A stretch of 62,569 nt of DNA, counting the filler, from Chiloscyllium plagiosum (Eukaryota): the NCBI RefSeq assembly GCF_004010195.1. It is 5 parts of one record of this genome, joined end to end, with 100 filler letters (N's around TTAATTAATTAA, not from the genome) between each part and the next. Parts side by side here need not be neighbours in the genome. Positions count along the whole stretch, not along the records: positions 30,111 to 51,711 come from NC_057717.1; 4 more parts are not named here. The stretch is one strand, 5' to 3'. The position numbers and the translations under genes were made by a program. The notes beneath the pieces are model-generated. The model saw nothing but the letters and a program-made list of their open reading frames with translations. It did no database searches and was not told where the DNA came from. The first letter of the stretch is position 1; each line of letters begins with the position of its first letter. Shown piece after piece: positions 37,627-49,620 of this stretch.

Positions 37627-37681
37627 TACCAATTATATGAAAACATACATTTTTTTTAGTATAAATGATATTTCCTGTGTG

Positions 37682-38212
37682 TGATGGAATAAATCTCATG
37701 CCGGATTGTTTATAACAAATTAGTCATGTTCAAGAAATTGATCTTTGATCACGGCCATGGGGAAGTAAATCTTTGTCAGAGAAGTCTGACGTATTCCAAT
37801 GAAGTCCAGTGTTATAACTTATATAGTATATCACAAGCCCATTGACCAGTAACTAATCAACGTCGGGGCAGTCGCAAGCTAACCCGTCAGGTCATACAGA
37901 TGCCACATACATTGCACAAACCTACATTTCTTAATGTCTACAAAGCTGAATGTTATCTTATACTACAGATTTATCTAGATAGAAACAGAAACACATAAGT
38001 GCCATAATCAACAATACATAATCTATGAAGCATGACTGTGTCTTAGGGGCCAGAGGAATTGAACAGTTTGCAGCTGCAAAGTCATGTTATTAAAATAAAT
38101 TCCTCAGCTTAGTTTCAAACAGCAGGGCTAGCACTTTGCTGCAAATATTACATTGTGATAAAATGGCTTTTACGGTCACTTTGTGTCAAATCACTTCACA
38201 TTTCCTTCCACA
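37682..38212 (-). repeat. Putative 3' LTR of the ERV
   Basis: Begins TGTGG after the PPT and ends CCATCA at 37682. TATA-like tatataa at ~37820. Its end (caatccggcatgagatttattc) resembles ~40578-40601 (caatccagttaagaggattattc), a possible 5' LTR remnant. Confidence 0.6.
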
Positions 38213-39738
38213 ATCCCACCTTTTTTAAAAATACTGGATTGGCGGTGTTAGCGAAAGGGGGAATATATCCATAACCAGGGGGAATGTCCGGCGGTGATAT
38301 TTGGAGATTGGGCAGTTGGTCCACAGGGTCAGTAAGGAAAGGGGCAGAAGGCGCCATGGTCTGGGAATCATCATCTGGGGTGTCATCAGGATAGGGAAAT
38401 CTAGGCATCTGCGAGATCACTGGAGAGGAGGGTCACAACATTGAACTGAACCGAACAGAGGATTGTCTGCAGGGTTACTTTGATTTCTAGTCCAGCAGGG
38501 GAAATAAGAAGCTGCAAGTTGCACAAATTCCAGAACGGCACATTTGGTACGAGTTCAGGATGGATGGGAATATGGGCACATATCCACCATCTAGAGTGGT
38601 TGGCCTTCTGTGCATAAAGAAAAGTATTAAACTGTAATTCCCATTTACTAGAGGCTATTAGGCTATCCGTTGTTCTCCAATTAAACATAATTACTGAAAG
38701 AAAAATAAGAAAGGGTGTAGTATGAGGCAGATTAATCAGGCTGAGCCATTCGGGGACTCATGTTGAACTAATATCTCTGATAGAGTCTTCTGGTGTTTTT
38801 CTGGGGGTGAGGCGTGGAGCTCTTTTGTATTGTGTCACGTGCATCAATTCAGGCCGTCCCTTGACCTTGACCGTTGTGTGGGTGACCAACAGGACGAAGA
38901 AAGGGTCTTTCCACCTCGGCTCCAATTTGCCCCAGATCTAACTGTTAGGCTTAGCATACCTGTGAATAGCAACGTTGAAATGTTTTGGTTAACTGATACA
39001 GATATTTCACATTTGTCTACCACTATTGTGACAGCAGTATCAGTGGTTGGGATGGTTTTGATTCATCTACTAAATACATCTACGATTATTGGACAATATT
39101 CATAACAAAGTACATGAGATAATTGTACAAAGCAAATTGTAGGTAAGTTGAAGGCCCACCAGGCAAGGAAGTGGTTTAACATCCCTTTTACAGCATTCAA
39201 TATTTTAAAAGAATCAAATATGCATCAGCTCTTTCCTCAGCTGCTGTTAGAAAGTCTGGGTGCCAACAAGTTTGTACTAGAGTATTAACTATTCTGTCCT
39301 GACAAAAGTGAGTACAAAAATGCACATAATCAACTGAAATAGGCAGCAGTAAAGAAAGAATGTAAATCTGTCCAGCATGGGTCACTTACATTTTGGTTTG
39401 AGTATTGGGGGACCACCCCATTTGAGTCCCCGTCAGCAGGCGATTTTCCTGTGATTCCTGTACCGTACCCAGGTGTGGAAAACCGATTCCTTTAGGGTCT
39501 CAGACCGGTCTTTACTGGGAACCCAATGGGACGAGATATTTGGGGTGTAAGGCTGGGTGCTTGGCAGCAGCATCTACTCACTCATTCCCTTGGAGACTGT
39601 ATCAGTTGCCTCAACGTGAAATGAACATTTTGATAACAGCCATACCGGTTGGACAAAACAGCATTACTAATGGTTTGTCACGTGGAGGTTAAAATCATAT
39701 ATGTTCCCACAAGGTTACACAACCACCGTCCTAGTCAA

Positions 39739-40161
39739 AAGCAGAATGAGAGTCGGTGTATATTAGCAGATTGAGAGTTGGTGTACATTAGCAGAATGAT
39801 AGCCGGTGTACATTAGCAGAATGAGTGACGGTGTGCATTAGCAGAATGATAGCCGGTGTACATTAGCAGAATGAGTGACGGTGTGCATTAGCAGAATAAG
39901 AGTCGGTGTACATTAGCAGAACAAGAGTCAATGTACATTAACAGAATGAGAGAGGCTGTTCATTAGCAGAATGAGAGTCGCTATGCATTAGCAGAATGAG
40001 AGTCAGTGTACATTAGCAAAATGAGAGTGCACATTAGCAGAACAAGAGTGTATATTAGCAGAATGAGAGTCAGTGTATATTAGCAGAATGAGAGTCAGTG
40101 CATATTAGCAGAATTTGACTCAGTGTGCATTAGCAGAATGAGAGTCGGTATACAGTAGCAG
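39739..40161. repeat. 25-bp minisatellite (~17 copies) inside the ERV
   Basis: Consensus CATTAGCAGAATGAGAGTCGGTGTA. Confidence 0.95.
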
Positions 40162-40989
40162 ATGTTCATTTTGCTTGGATGCAAGCATGTTGATCCTCGG
40201 GTTAGCTCCAAGGTAACAATAAGGACACATTGCCCCCCATTGGCCATGTTCCACAGTTAAAGCAAAGGCTTGCAATTTCTCCCGGGGATATTTCGCTGTT
40301 TTGTTCCCAGTCCTACAAATGTAGCACTTGCGCCTCCCTGTCCACTTTTCCAGTGTCCGTTTGGGAAAGGGATGCTCAGCAGTGGTCGCTAGGCAGCCAT
40401 CTGTGATAGGTTCACCGCCAGTGGGTATGCTGGTCTCTGTCAATCCTGTCGGGGGCTGGGAAACAGCGTATAGTGTGGGCGAGGTTGTTGCACAGCTATC
40501 TGAGGTAGGTTCCGTCCCCAGTGTGTATGCTGGTCTCTATCAAACCCGTCGGGTCTGGCCCACAGCGTATATGGTTGTGAATAATCCTCTTAACTGGATT
40601 GAAATGGAAGAATGGGATGCAATTACATTGCCATACAATTGAGAAAATGTACATTTCCAAGCTGTCTGATGCTAAAAGACGTAAAAATCTCTTTATTCAT
40701 GTGAATGTGAACAAGTGATCTTCATGTATTGAACAAAAATAATTTAGTGTACATTTACTGTGATAATTGAAAGTCCAAACATTTAGTTTTCGCCAGAGAA
40801 TTTAAGTTCAGCACATTTTCAAGTCGAAGTTGCAAAAAGTTTGATCAGTATGTGTTCATCATTGGTGGCAAAACCAGAAGTCTCTGGAAATGCTCAGTAG
40901 TCTTGACAGTATCTGTGGCGAGAAAGCAGAATCAATATAAGGTAGGGGAATGTGTCTGGGTGCGTTACTCTTCGCTCATTGTGTTCAGG

Positions 40990-41782
40990 GATGTGTAGGT
41001 TAGATTTCAGCAAGGCGTTCGATAAGGTTTCCCACAGTAGGCTATTATACAAAATGCAGAGGAATGGGATTGTGGGACACATAGTAGTTTGGATCAGTAA
41101 TTGGCTTGCTGAAAGAAAACAGAGGGTTGTAGTTGATGGAGCATGTTCATCTTGGTGTCCAGTTACTAGCGGCGTACCGCAAGGGTCTGTGTTGGGTCCA
41201 CTGATTGTCGTCATTTTTATAAATGGCCAGGATGAGGGCTTAGAAGAGTAGGTTAGTACATTTGCAGACGACAATAATTTCGGTGGAGTTGTGCATAGTG
41301 ACAAAGGATGTATTGGTTCCAGAGAGACATAGATATAATGCAGAGCTGGGCTGAGGGTGGCAAATGGAATTTAATGTGGACAAGTGTGAGGTGGTAAACT
41401 TTGGAAGGAGTAATCGGAATGCAAAGTACCGGGCTAATGGTAAGAATCTCGGGAATGCAGATGAGCAGATTGACAGGTTTGTTAAGAAGGCATGCAGTGT
41501 TTTGGCCTTTATTAATAGAGGGATTGAGTTCCGGAACCATGAGGTTATGCTGCAGCTGTACAAAGCTCTGGTGCGGCCGCACTTGGAGTACTGTGTACAG
41601 TTCTGGTGACCGCATTATACGAAGGATGTGGAAGCTTTGGAAAGGGTGCAGATGAGATTTAGTATGATATTGCGTGGTATGGAGCGAAGGTCCGAGGAGG
41701 AAAGGTTGAGGGATTTGAGGCTGTTTTCGTTCGAGAGAAGAAGATTGAGAGGTGACTTAATAGAGACATACAAGATAATCAG
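40990..41782 (+). mobile_element. CR1 RT fragment
   Basis: [34 protein letters not shown] and LYKALVRPHLEYCVQFW. Confidence 0.92.
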
Positions 41783-43870
41783 TTTTCGCCTGAGAATTTA
41801 AATCCAGCACTTTTCCAAATATGTAAGAAGGGAAAGAATGGTGAAAGTAAATATTGTCCTTTTCGAGGATGAAAATGGCGAGGTAATAATGGGAAACTCA
41901 GAAATGGCAGGAGCAGAACCAACACTTCCTGTTTGCACAACGGATAATAATTTCTTCACAAAATGTACAGCAACTGCAACCAATGTTAATGGAAGTACGA
42001 TGACGAGGAAGAAGGGATTAAGTAAATGGGTGGGATTAAAGGCAGCTAAGGCCCTCACGCTTGATGACCTGCTCTCTAGGATATTAAAGAAGGTGACAGC
42101 AGAGATAGGGGATTGGTTAATTAGAATGTTCAAATAAAATCCGTGGAATCTGGAATAGTTCCAAAGTATTGGAAAATTAGCAATTAGATTAGATGCCTAC
42201 AGTATGGAAATAGGTCCTTCGGCCCAGCAAGTCCACACCGACCTTCCAAAGACGAACATATGCAGAGACATTTCCCTACACCTACCCCGTCGAATGCACC
42301 TAACACTATCGGTAATTTGGCATGATCGATTCACCTGACCTACACATCTTTGGGAGGAAACCAGAGCACTCAGAGAAAACCCACGCAGACAGGGGGAGAA
42401 TGTGCAAACACAAGACAGACAGTCACCAAAGGAGGGAATTGAGCCTAGGTCTCTGGCACTATATGGCAGCAGTGCTGACCACTGAGCCACCGTGCCGCCC
42501 TGACATGATTCTTCAAAGTAGGACGTATGTAAAAAGTGAGAAAGTTCAGAGCAGCGATTTTGACCTCTGTGGTGGGGAAGATGCTTCAGTCAATTGTAAA
42601 GTCGGAAATAACTGAACACTTGAAAAAACAAAGATTAATCCATGATGGGCAAGTTGTGCTTGTCAAACTTGCTGGAGTTCTTTGAGAATGAAACCAGCAA
42701 GGTGGATAATAAGGATCCAGCTATATTTAGACTTCCAGAAGGCTTTCAACAAGGTGCTGCATGAAGGATGATCTAGAAGGTTAGATCCCAGGAGGTTAAG
42801 GGTAGTATAATGTATTGGATAGAGGATTACCTGACTGAAAGAAAGCAGAGCATTAGTATAAATCGTCCTTCTCTGGCGAACTGAAGCTAATGAGGTGCTG
42901 CAGGGTTCAGCTGTCAATTTTCAATTGTTTGCAATATACAAATGAAAGGAAGGAGAGACAGAGTGTTGGAACAAAGTTCAGAGATGGTTCTAAACTATGT
43001 GGTAAAACAGTCTGTGATGAGCAGATACGCAGTTGGAAGATAAATATTGATCAGCTAGGAGAATGGGGTAACACCTGTCAGATGTCGTTTAATGTGGAAA
43101 ATCGCGAGGTTGTCTGTTTTAGCGGGAACAGTTAAAGGTTAAATTACTAATTAAATAGGAAACAGATTCAAAGTACGTCAACGATGAAGGTTCCAGTTGT
43201 CTTTGTGCATCACTCGTAGAAAGTAGGTGTACAGGTGCAACATGTATTTTAAAAGGCAAATGAAAGACTTTTATTGCAGAAAAAAACTGGATTACAAAAG
43301 ATATGTTGCTTTAATTATCTAAGACCTTGGTTCCACATCACAAGTATTCTGTCCAGTGTTGTTCCCCTGACTTGAGGAAGGATTTGGTTGCATTTCAGAC
43401 AGTTCTGATGAGGTTCATCAGGTTGATTCCAGGAATGAAATGGCGGTTTACGATGAGCAGTTAAATAGCATCTGCTTATAATCGCTGGAGTTCTGAAGAC
43501 TGAGGGAGAATCTGATTGACATAAAGAAACTCGAAAGGAGATTGGAAAAATACTCCCATGTGAGACAGTCTCGAACAAGTAGTCATAGATATAGAGTGAG
43601 AGGAGGTAGGGTTAGAACTAACAGGATGAGAAACTACTTCTCTCAGAGGGTTGTGAATCTGTGGAACTCACTGTCCCACAGTGTATTGGAGGGAAAATCA
43701 ATGAACAGACTCAAGAAACAAATAGGTGTGTTTCTGATGTGGTTAGGATGACGGTCACCAGGCCGGAAAGTAGAGTTGAAACCAGGATAACATTAGCCAT
43801 GATCATGTTAAATAGTGCAATGAATCAAAGGGCTGAATTTCCTACTCCAACTCCTAATTCCGATGTTATT
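41783..43870 (+). mobile_element. Older decayed CR1 fragment interrupted by a SINE
   Basis: Remnants YLDFQKAFNKV (~42722), CQMSFNVEN and YFSQRVVNLWNSL, plus a CR1-type 3' end near 43800-43865. Confidence 0.8.
42185..42500 (-). mobile_element. HE1-like V-SINE
   Basis: Minus strand begins ggcggcacggtggctcagtggtcagcactgctgcc (A box), then ggctcaattcc (B box), then V-domain tgcacattctccccctgtctgcgtgggtttt. Confidence 0.85.
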
Positions 43871-44266
43871 TTGTTGTTCCATCTGCAGTTCTTTTGGATT
43901 TTATTCACTGTTGGTAGTTGGGGTGGTAGGAGTAGAGGTGTTTTGGTAAAGGGAGACGCAGGTTGCTCAATGTGAAGGGAACAAGATAGTAATATGGAGA
44001 AAAAAACACAACCAGGTTTTGTTGATTGTCATAGAAGACCTGGCAACTGGGTGGCCTATCCCTGTTCTCAATTCCTCATGTTTAGTTGCTGAGTGTAAAC
44101 AAAATCAAATCGTTACAGTCGGACAGACAGCCTATAATTAACATGCCCATTTCATCATAAAGGGGGAAATGACTATTTGAAGCAGAAGTAAAGAGTTCAC
44201 AATCCTTTCGACATTTCCTGATTATTTGCTGCAACGACAGTCCGGTGGCTGGGTCATAGGTCTGCA

Positions 44267-46840
44267 AAACACTTTAGCATCGTCGTAACTTGATAGTTAG
44301 ACATCGAGTAAAACATTATATTATAAATTCCATTGGAATATGGCTATAATATTTATCTTTTGAAAAAAATATTCTGAATATATTCTGGAAGAATACAAAC
44401 ATTGCAAAGGCTAGAAAGGGAAGTTATGAAGAGGACATGAGTTTATAAAGAGGTCTCAGTGTGTCAAGGGAATGAGCACGTACTGGTCTTTGTATAATAA
44501 TTGGAAAAATGTGTCTATATTTGAACACGTTGGCGAGTTGAATGGAAAAGCAGTGTATTATTTCAATGGACAGATTGCCAAACTGATGCACGAGGAACGG
44601 GACGCCAAGATCTCAAAGCAAAACGTCTGCATGGACACCAAGTTTATCGGGAGGCAAAATCAATGTTAAAATATTTTGAAACCAAATACATAAAGAAATA
44701 GAGAAGGTTTTTCTAAATTTTACAGATGAATAGTAAGACCAGACTTCCTTTAAAATTATGTCTCCTTGTGTTGAGCTTTGAGTAAGGCTCTCCGTTCACC
44801 CTGTCCATACCCCTCATGATTTGGAGATGTTGGTTTTGGACTGGGGTGGACAAAGTTAAAAAAAATCACACAACACTAGTTTTTAAATACAAACTGGTTG
44901 GTCTATAACATTTTGTTGTGTGATTTTTACCTTTGCACATCCCTCATGCTCTTAAAACTCCTTGACCAGAAGCCCCTCTTCAACTAATCTGCCTTCAAAT
45001 AAATTCTAGCCTCTCTTAATAGTTTGAGTACTCTCTTGTCTTGTTACTTCTGAAATGTATCTTCTCAGAACTGTCAGTGTGAAATTGCATCAGCCAGTGT
45101 TCTGGTTACCTGAACAATTCATTTATATCATCCTGAAATCTAACACGTTCCTCCTCACTGTGAATCACTCAGCTAATCGTTGTGTCATCGACAAAATTAT
45201 TTATCATTCTCCACAAACTCCATCCCTCACATTCTCAACGTCATAATTTGTGACTTTCACAAATAAGCCTTCTTTTTCGTGTTTTTTCAGATGTTATTCA
45301 CAAAAGAAGAATTGAGAATTCCAGCCTCTTGTTTCTCCTATTTTCGTGAATATACAGCGTGATGCAGTTGAGGTCTTTTTATGAGAGGGCCTCAAATTTT
45401 ATTTTGGACATGGAGCTGAATTCTCCTTTTTTTTACTATGCCCTCTGTAATTTTTCTTTATAAGTCTTGTACGTAATTAATATTGGACCATGCTTAGGTG
45501 TCTTTCACCGAAACACTTGTATTTTATGATGACTTGAATAATGTTCTTTGTAACGTGCTCTACATTAGTCAGAGCAGAAGGAATTGCTTGTGAGCAGAAT
45601 GGGCAGAGACTCAGAATTTTGTTTGAAAGAGCTGGAGTGATAAGCATAAAGATTCAAATAAATTCTACATTATAGACCAGGGGCAGGAGATCAAATCATC
45701 TCGTCATGTCTACCTTGAATTGGAACCAAAGTATTAGAACATATGCTGACTGTTCTCCAAAGGTTTTTTAAACAAGTTCTTAGAGCAGCATGGATTTTAC
45801 AGCTGTTCTTGGGACTGCAAGCATAGTTTAAGATTTCTTACAGTCGTTTTTTACAGTTAATTTAGTCGTTATAGTTCACTAAAGAAGATTATTTTTCCAT
45901 TTTGTTTTATCAAAATTTAAAAACAAAGCAGAAAAGAAAACGAGCAATAAAGGTCTCTTTTTTTCAAATGAACTATTTTTAACGAGCTTTTCAAGGGTGG
46001 TCTACAATGAAATTAGAAAAGTATGTACTGTATATGTTTTAAAAGATGTTTTTATTAAGACTGCAATGTTTTTGTTTGTTTTGAAAAGTCAAGCAGTTTT
46101 TTTCTTTTAAATAAGAGTTTGTGTCTTCACTCCGGAGAGAGCTGAACGTGTTCAGCTATGGAGAAGAATTTTATCTTCGAGGAATTTATTGAAGAGTAAT
46201 CTTTGTATTGAGTTAATTAGCTAAATAGTTGCTTTTATCTTGTATATGTTTGATATCTATATATGTTTGTATTTTTTCCATTTTAACATTATTTTCTGTA
46301 GGTCAAGAAAAGCAACATTTAGGGTGATGAAACATCCTGCTTTTCAGCATTAATATCATTAAGGCAGTACATAATATACAGAGGGAAATGGCTAGCAGAT
46401 TTCGACAAGTTATTATCCAGCAAAATCACTCAGATAGATGGGTGACTGTCAGGAAAGATAAGAAGGAAGTTCAAAGATTCAAAGTTCAGTGGCTATTCCT
46501 CCATTAAACAAATTCAGTTTTTGGAACAGGTGAAGGGGATTGTCTTTCTGATGAAAATAATAGAACAATCAGCTATTGGACACTTGGAACAATTCTTACC
46601 TTCGGCATCTTTTGGCAAGGGGCTCTCCTGTCAGCGGCATTAACAGGAGATTCGGTGGCAGTGAGCATAAGTTGAGGATGGGTTGTTGCTCTCCCGGTGC
46701 TAGGATTAAGAACGTCTCTAAAAATTTCAAGCTTATTGTTAAAGGTGAGATTGAGAGTCCAGGAATTATTGCACATATTGGGAGAAATGGCCTCTTTAGG
46801 GAAAAATATTAAAGCAGTACAGAGTGAATTTAAGAGGTAT
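44267..46840 (+). repeat. Left arm of a large inverted duplication
   Basis: Reverse complement of 49171-51711 along its whole length. ORFs 46576-46812 (+) and 49199-49435 (-) differ at only 2 of 78 residues. Confidence 0.97.
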
Positions 46841-47559
46841 NNNNNNNNNNNNNNNNNNNNNNNNNNNNNNNNNNNNNNNNNNNNNNNNNNNNNNNNNNNN
46901 NNNNNNNNNNNNNNNNNNNNNNNNNNNNNNNNNNNNNNNNNNNNNNNNNNNNNNNNNNNNNNNNNNNNNNNNNNNNNNNNNNNNNNNNNNNNNNNNNNNN
47001 NNNNNNNNNNNNNNNNNNNNNNNNNNNNNNNNNNNNNNNNNNNNNNNNNNNNNNNNNNNNNNNNNNNNNNNNNNNNNNNNNNNNNNNNNNNNNNNNNNNN
47101 NNNNNNNNNNNNNNNNNNNNNNNNNNNNNNNNNNNNNNNNNNNNNNNNNNNNNNNNNNNNNNNNNNNNNNNNNNNNNNNNNNNNNNNNNNNNNNNNNNNN
47201 NNNNNNNNNNNNNNNNNNNNNNNNNNNNNNNNNNNNNNNNNNNNNNNNNNNNNNNNNNNNNNNNNNNNNNNNNNNNNNNNNNNNNNNNNNNNNNNNNNNN
47301 NNNNNNNNNNNNNNNNNNNNNNNNNNNNNNNNNNNNNNNNTACGAGGTTTATGGAAAACACCAACGTTGGTGGCACAGGGGACAGCAAAGAAGGTTTTCG
47401 AAGATTACAAAAAGATTTTGATCAAATATATCAATAGGCTGACAAATAGCAGATACAATTCAATCTGGATAAATGTGATGTGCATACTGTAGTGTGTGTT
47501 TGCTGCTGTCTATGCATCAGGAATGAGATGATTTTATTCCCCATCTCCTGGATTCAACA

Positions 47560-49620
47560 CAACGATCCCTTCATGATCTTTAACAGGCCTTACCCGTGAT
47601 TACCCTCCTGCTCTTAATGTAGTTGCACAACATTTTTGGAATATCCTTAACCTTCTCATGAAATCGCATATCACCTTTTTGCTTTCATGATTTCTCTCTA
47701 AATAATGCGACCACACTCTATTCAAATGAATCCCTTAGTCAATACAAATAGTTGTTTATATCTAAAGTAAGACTCTCTTTTAGTCTTGAGTAGAACCTCA
47801 ATAACGTTAGTCATCCATTGTTCCTTAATCTTACCAGCCTTACCCTTCACTCTAATAGGAACTCATCGTCAACTCTCAGCGTCACGCTATTGGCCACTTC
47901 CGACTTTCCAGACGTTCTATTCACCTGCTAACACTCTACTCCAATTAAACTGGAACATCCTCGTCTCCTGCCATTAAAATGTATGGTCCTCCAATTAGAA
48001 ATATAATATTAATGAAAGGCTTATTATTTTCCATAACTATTTTGAAACTAATGGAGTTATGCTTGCAAGACCCAAAGTATTCCCTTATTTTTACGAAAGT
48101 CACTTGTCCTGCCTATTACACAAGAAGCGGTCTATTTTGCTCCATCTCTCTTAGGATCATCCACATATTGATGAAGAAATTTTTCTTCAACTCATTTGAC
48201 AAATTCTTCACTATCCAAACCGTTGACACTATGGTAGTGCCAGTCAACGTTTGGAAAATTTAAATCCCCATTAAGCAATATTATTAAGCTTACATATATC
48301 TGAGATCTTACTACATGTTTGTTTCTCAACTTCTGTCTTACTGCTGGATAACACATCGTATAATCCCATCAACGTGCTCTTTCATTTCTTATTTTTAATT
48401 TCTAAAAATATATTTTCACTGGACGATTTGTCACAAATGAGCAAATAGTACAATCTCTTGAAAGTGATATTTACTTTCGTATTCATTTCTACCAATATAT
48501 TTTAACTGAACGATTTTTAAGAAAAATTCTTTCCCAGATAGAGCAATAATTTATTCCTCAATTAAAAGCATCAGTCCTCCTCCTCCTCCCCTGCCCATCG
48601 AATGTCTCTCTTTTTTTTATCCGTTCTCGAGCACCGAACACCGGGAACATTGAATTTCCAGTCTTGACCATCTCTCAGCCAAGTTTCTGTAATAGCTATG
48701 ATGTCAGAATCCCACGTTCCTAAGTATAGCCTAAGTTCATCAGCCTTCCCTGTAAGACCCCTTACATTGAAATAAATGTTACTTAGTGCTTCAGAAGTAT
48801 TCTACACTCTGACTCTATAGTCCTCTTTTTTCAGTTGGCGTACTCTTCCCACATTCATAACCTTCTCCATCCAAACTACCATTTACACTGCAACTTAGAA
48901 TACCTCCTTGCCTTCTCTATCTATATAACGTCTCTCTACACAGAATGAGCAAGTCTCCCTGCTAAGATATTGATTGTTCTCTTTTTGAACAGGCCCTTTC
49001 TATTCCAAAACAGATTGCAATTTCCAAAAGATCTAAAGCCCTCAACAACCCACCAGGTGTTCAGCTATTGTTTTTTTTTGCCTTTGATATTTTGTTCCTT
49101 CCCCGTTGAGTTTGACATTATGAGAAAACCAGGAATTACTAATTTTACGATACATTTTTAATCTTCTACCATACCTCTTAAATTCACTCTGTACTGCTTT
49201 AATATTTTTCCCTAAAGAGGCCATTTCTCCCAATATGTGCAATAATTCCTGGACTCTCAATCTCACCTTTAACAATAAGTTTGAAACTTTTAGAGACGTT
49301 CTTAATCCTAGCACCGGGAGAGCAACAACCCATCCTCAACTTATGCTCACTGCCAACGAATCTCCTGTTAATGCCGCTGACAGGAGAGCCCCTTGCCAAA
49401 AGATGCCGAAGGTAAGAATTGTTCCAAGTGTCCAATAGCTGATGGTTCTACTATTTTCCTCAGAGAGACAATCCCCTTCACCTGTTCCAAAAACTGAATT
49501 TGTTTAATGGAGGAATAGCCACTGGAGACTTTTGAACTTCCTTCTTACCTTTCCTGACAGTCACCCATCTATCTGAGTGATTTTGCTGGATAATAACTTA
49601 TCGAAATCTGCTAACCATTT
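47560..49620 (-). mobile_element. Decayed CR1 5' portion: ORF1 esterase (SGNH/GDSL-like) remnant and ORF2 endonuclease region
   Basis: GSPVSGINRRFVGSEHKLRMGCCSPGARIKNVS...IIAHIGRNG matches the CR1 ORF1 esterase pattern. DSDIIAITETWL (reverse complement of ~48675-48710) is an AP-endonuclease motif. Confidence 0.8.

Larger units (their letters stand above)
37682..40620 (-). mobile_element. Internally deleted endogenous retrovirus (gamma/epsilon-like remnants)
   Basis: Integrase Zn-finger remnant (39197-39385), core YEYC.IIVDVFSR (~39060-39110) and C-terminal LEPRWKDPFFVLLVTHTTVKVKG (~38860-38925). env SU-like NTFLYAQKANHSRWWICAHIP (38401-38688). PPT aaaaaaggtgggat followed by TG at 38212. Confidence 0.75.

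Noticed and set aside
39739..40161. CRISPR-like appearance of short regular repeats (also 27274-30010 and 57042-57780)
   Set aside because: Head-to-tail units with no unique spacers, no cas genes, and a vertebrate context.
40548..40570. Possible tRNA-Ser primer-binding site of the ERV (minus strand tacgctgtgggccag)
   Set aside because: Lacks the TGG start and matches only partially. Too degenerate to call.
42440..42500. tRNA gene
   Set aside because: The A/B boxes belong to the head of an HE1-like SINE. No complete cloverleaf.
44100..44225. Ly6/three-finger domain in the 61-aa minus-strand ORF
   Set aside because: CLSDCN only loosely resembles CCxxDxCN and the cysteine spacing is insufficient.
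46576..46812. Duplicated 78-aa ORF as a host esterase gene
   Set aside because: It is the decayed ORF1 esterase domain of a CR1 LINE, duplicated with the inverted segment.
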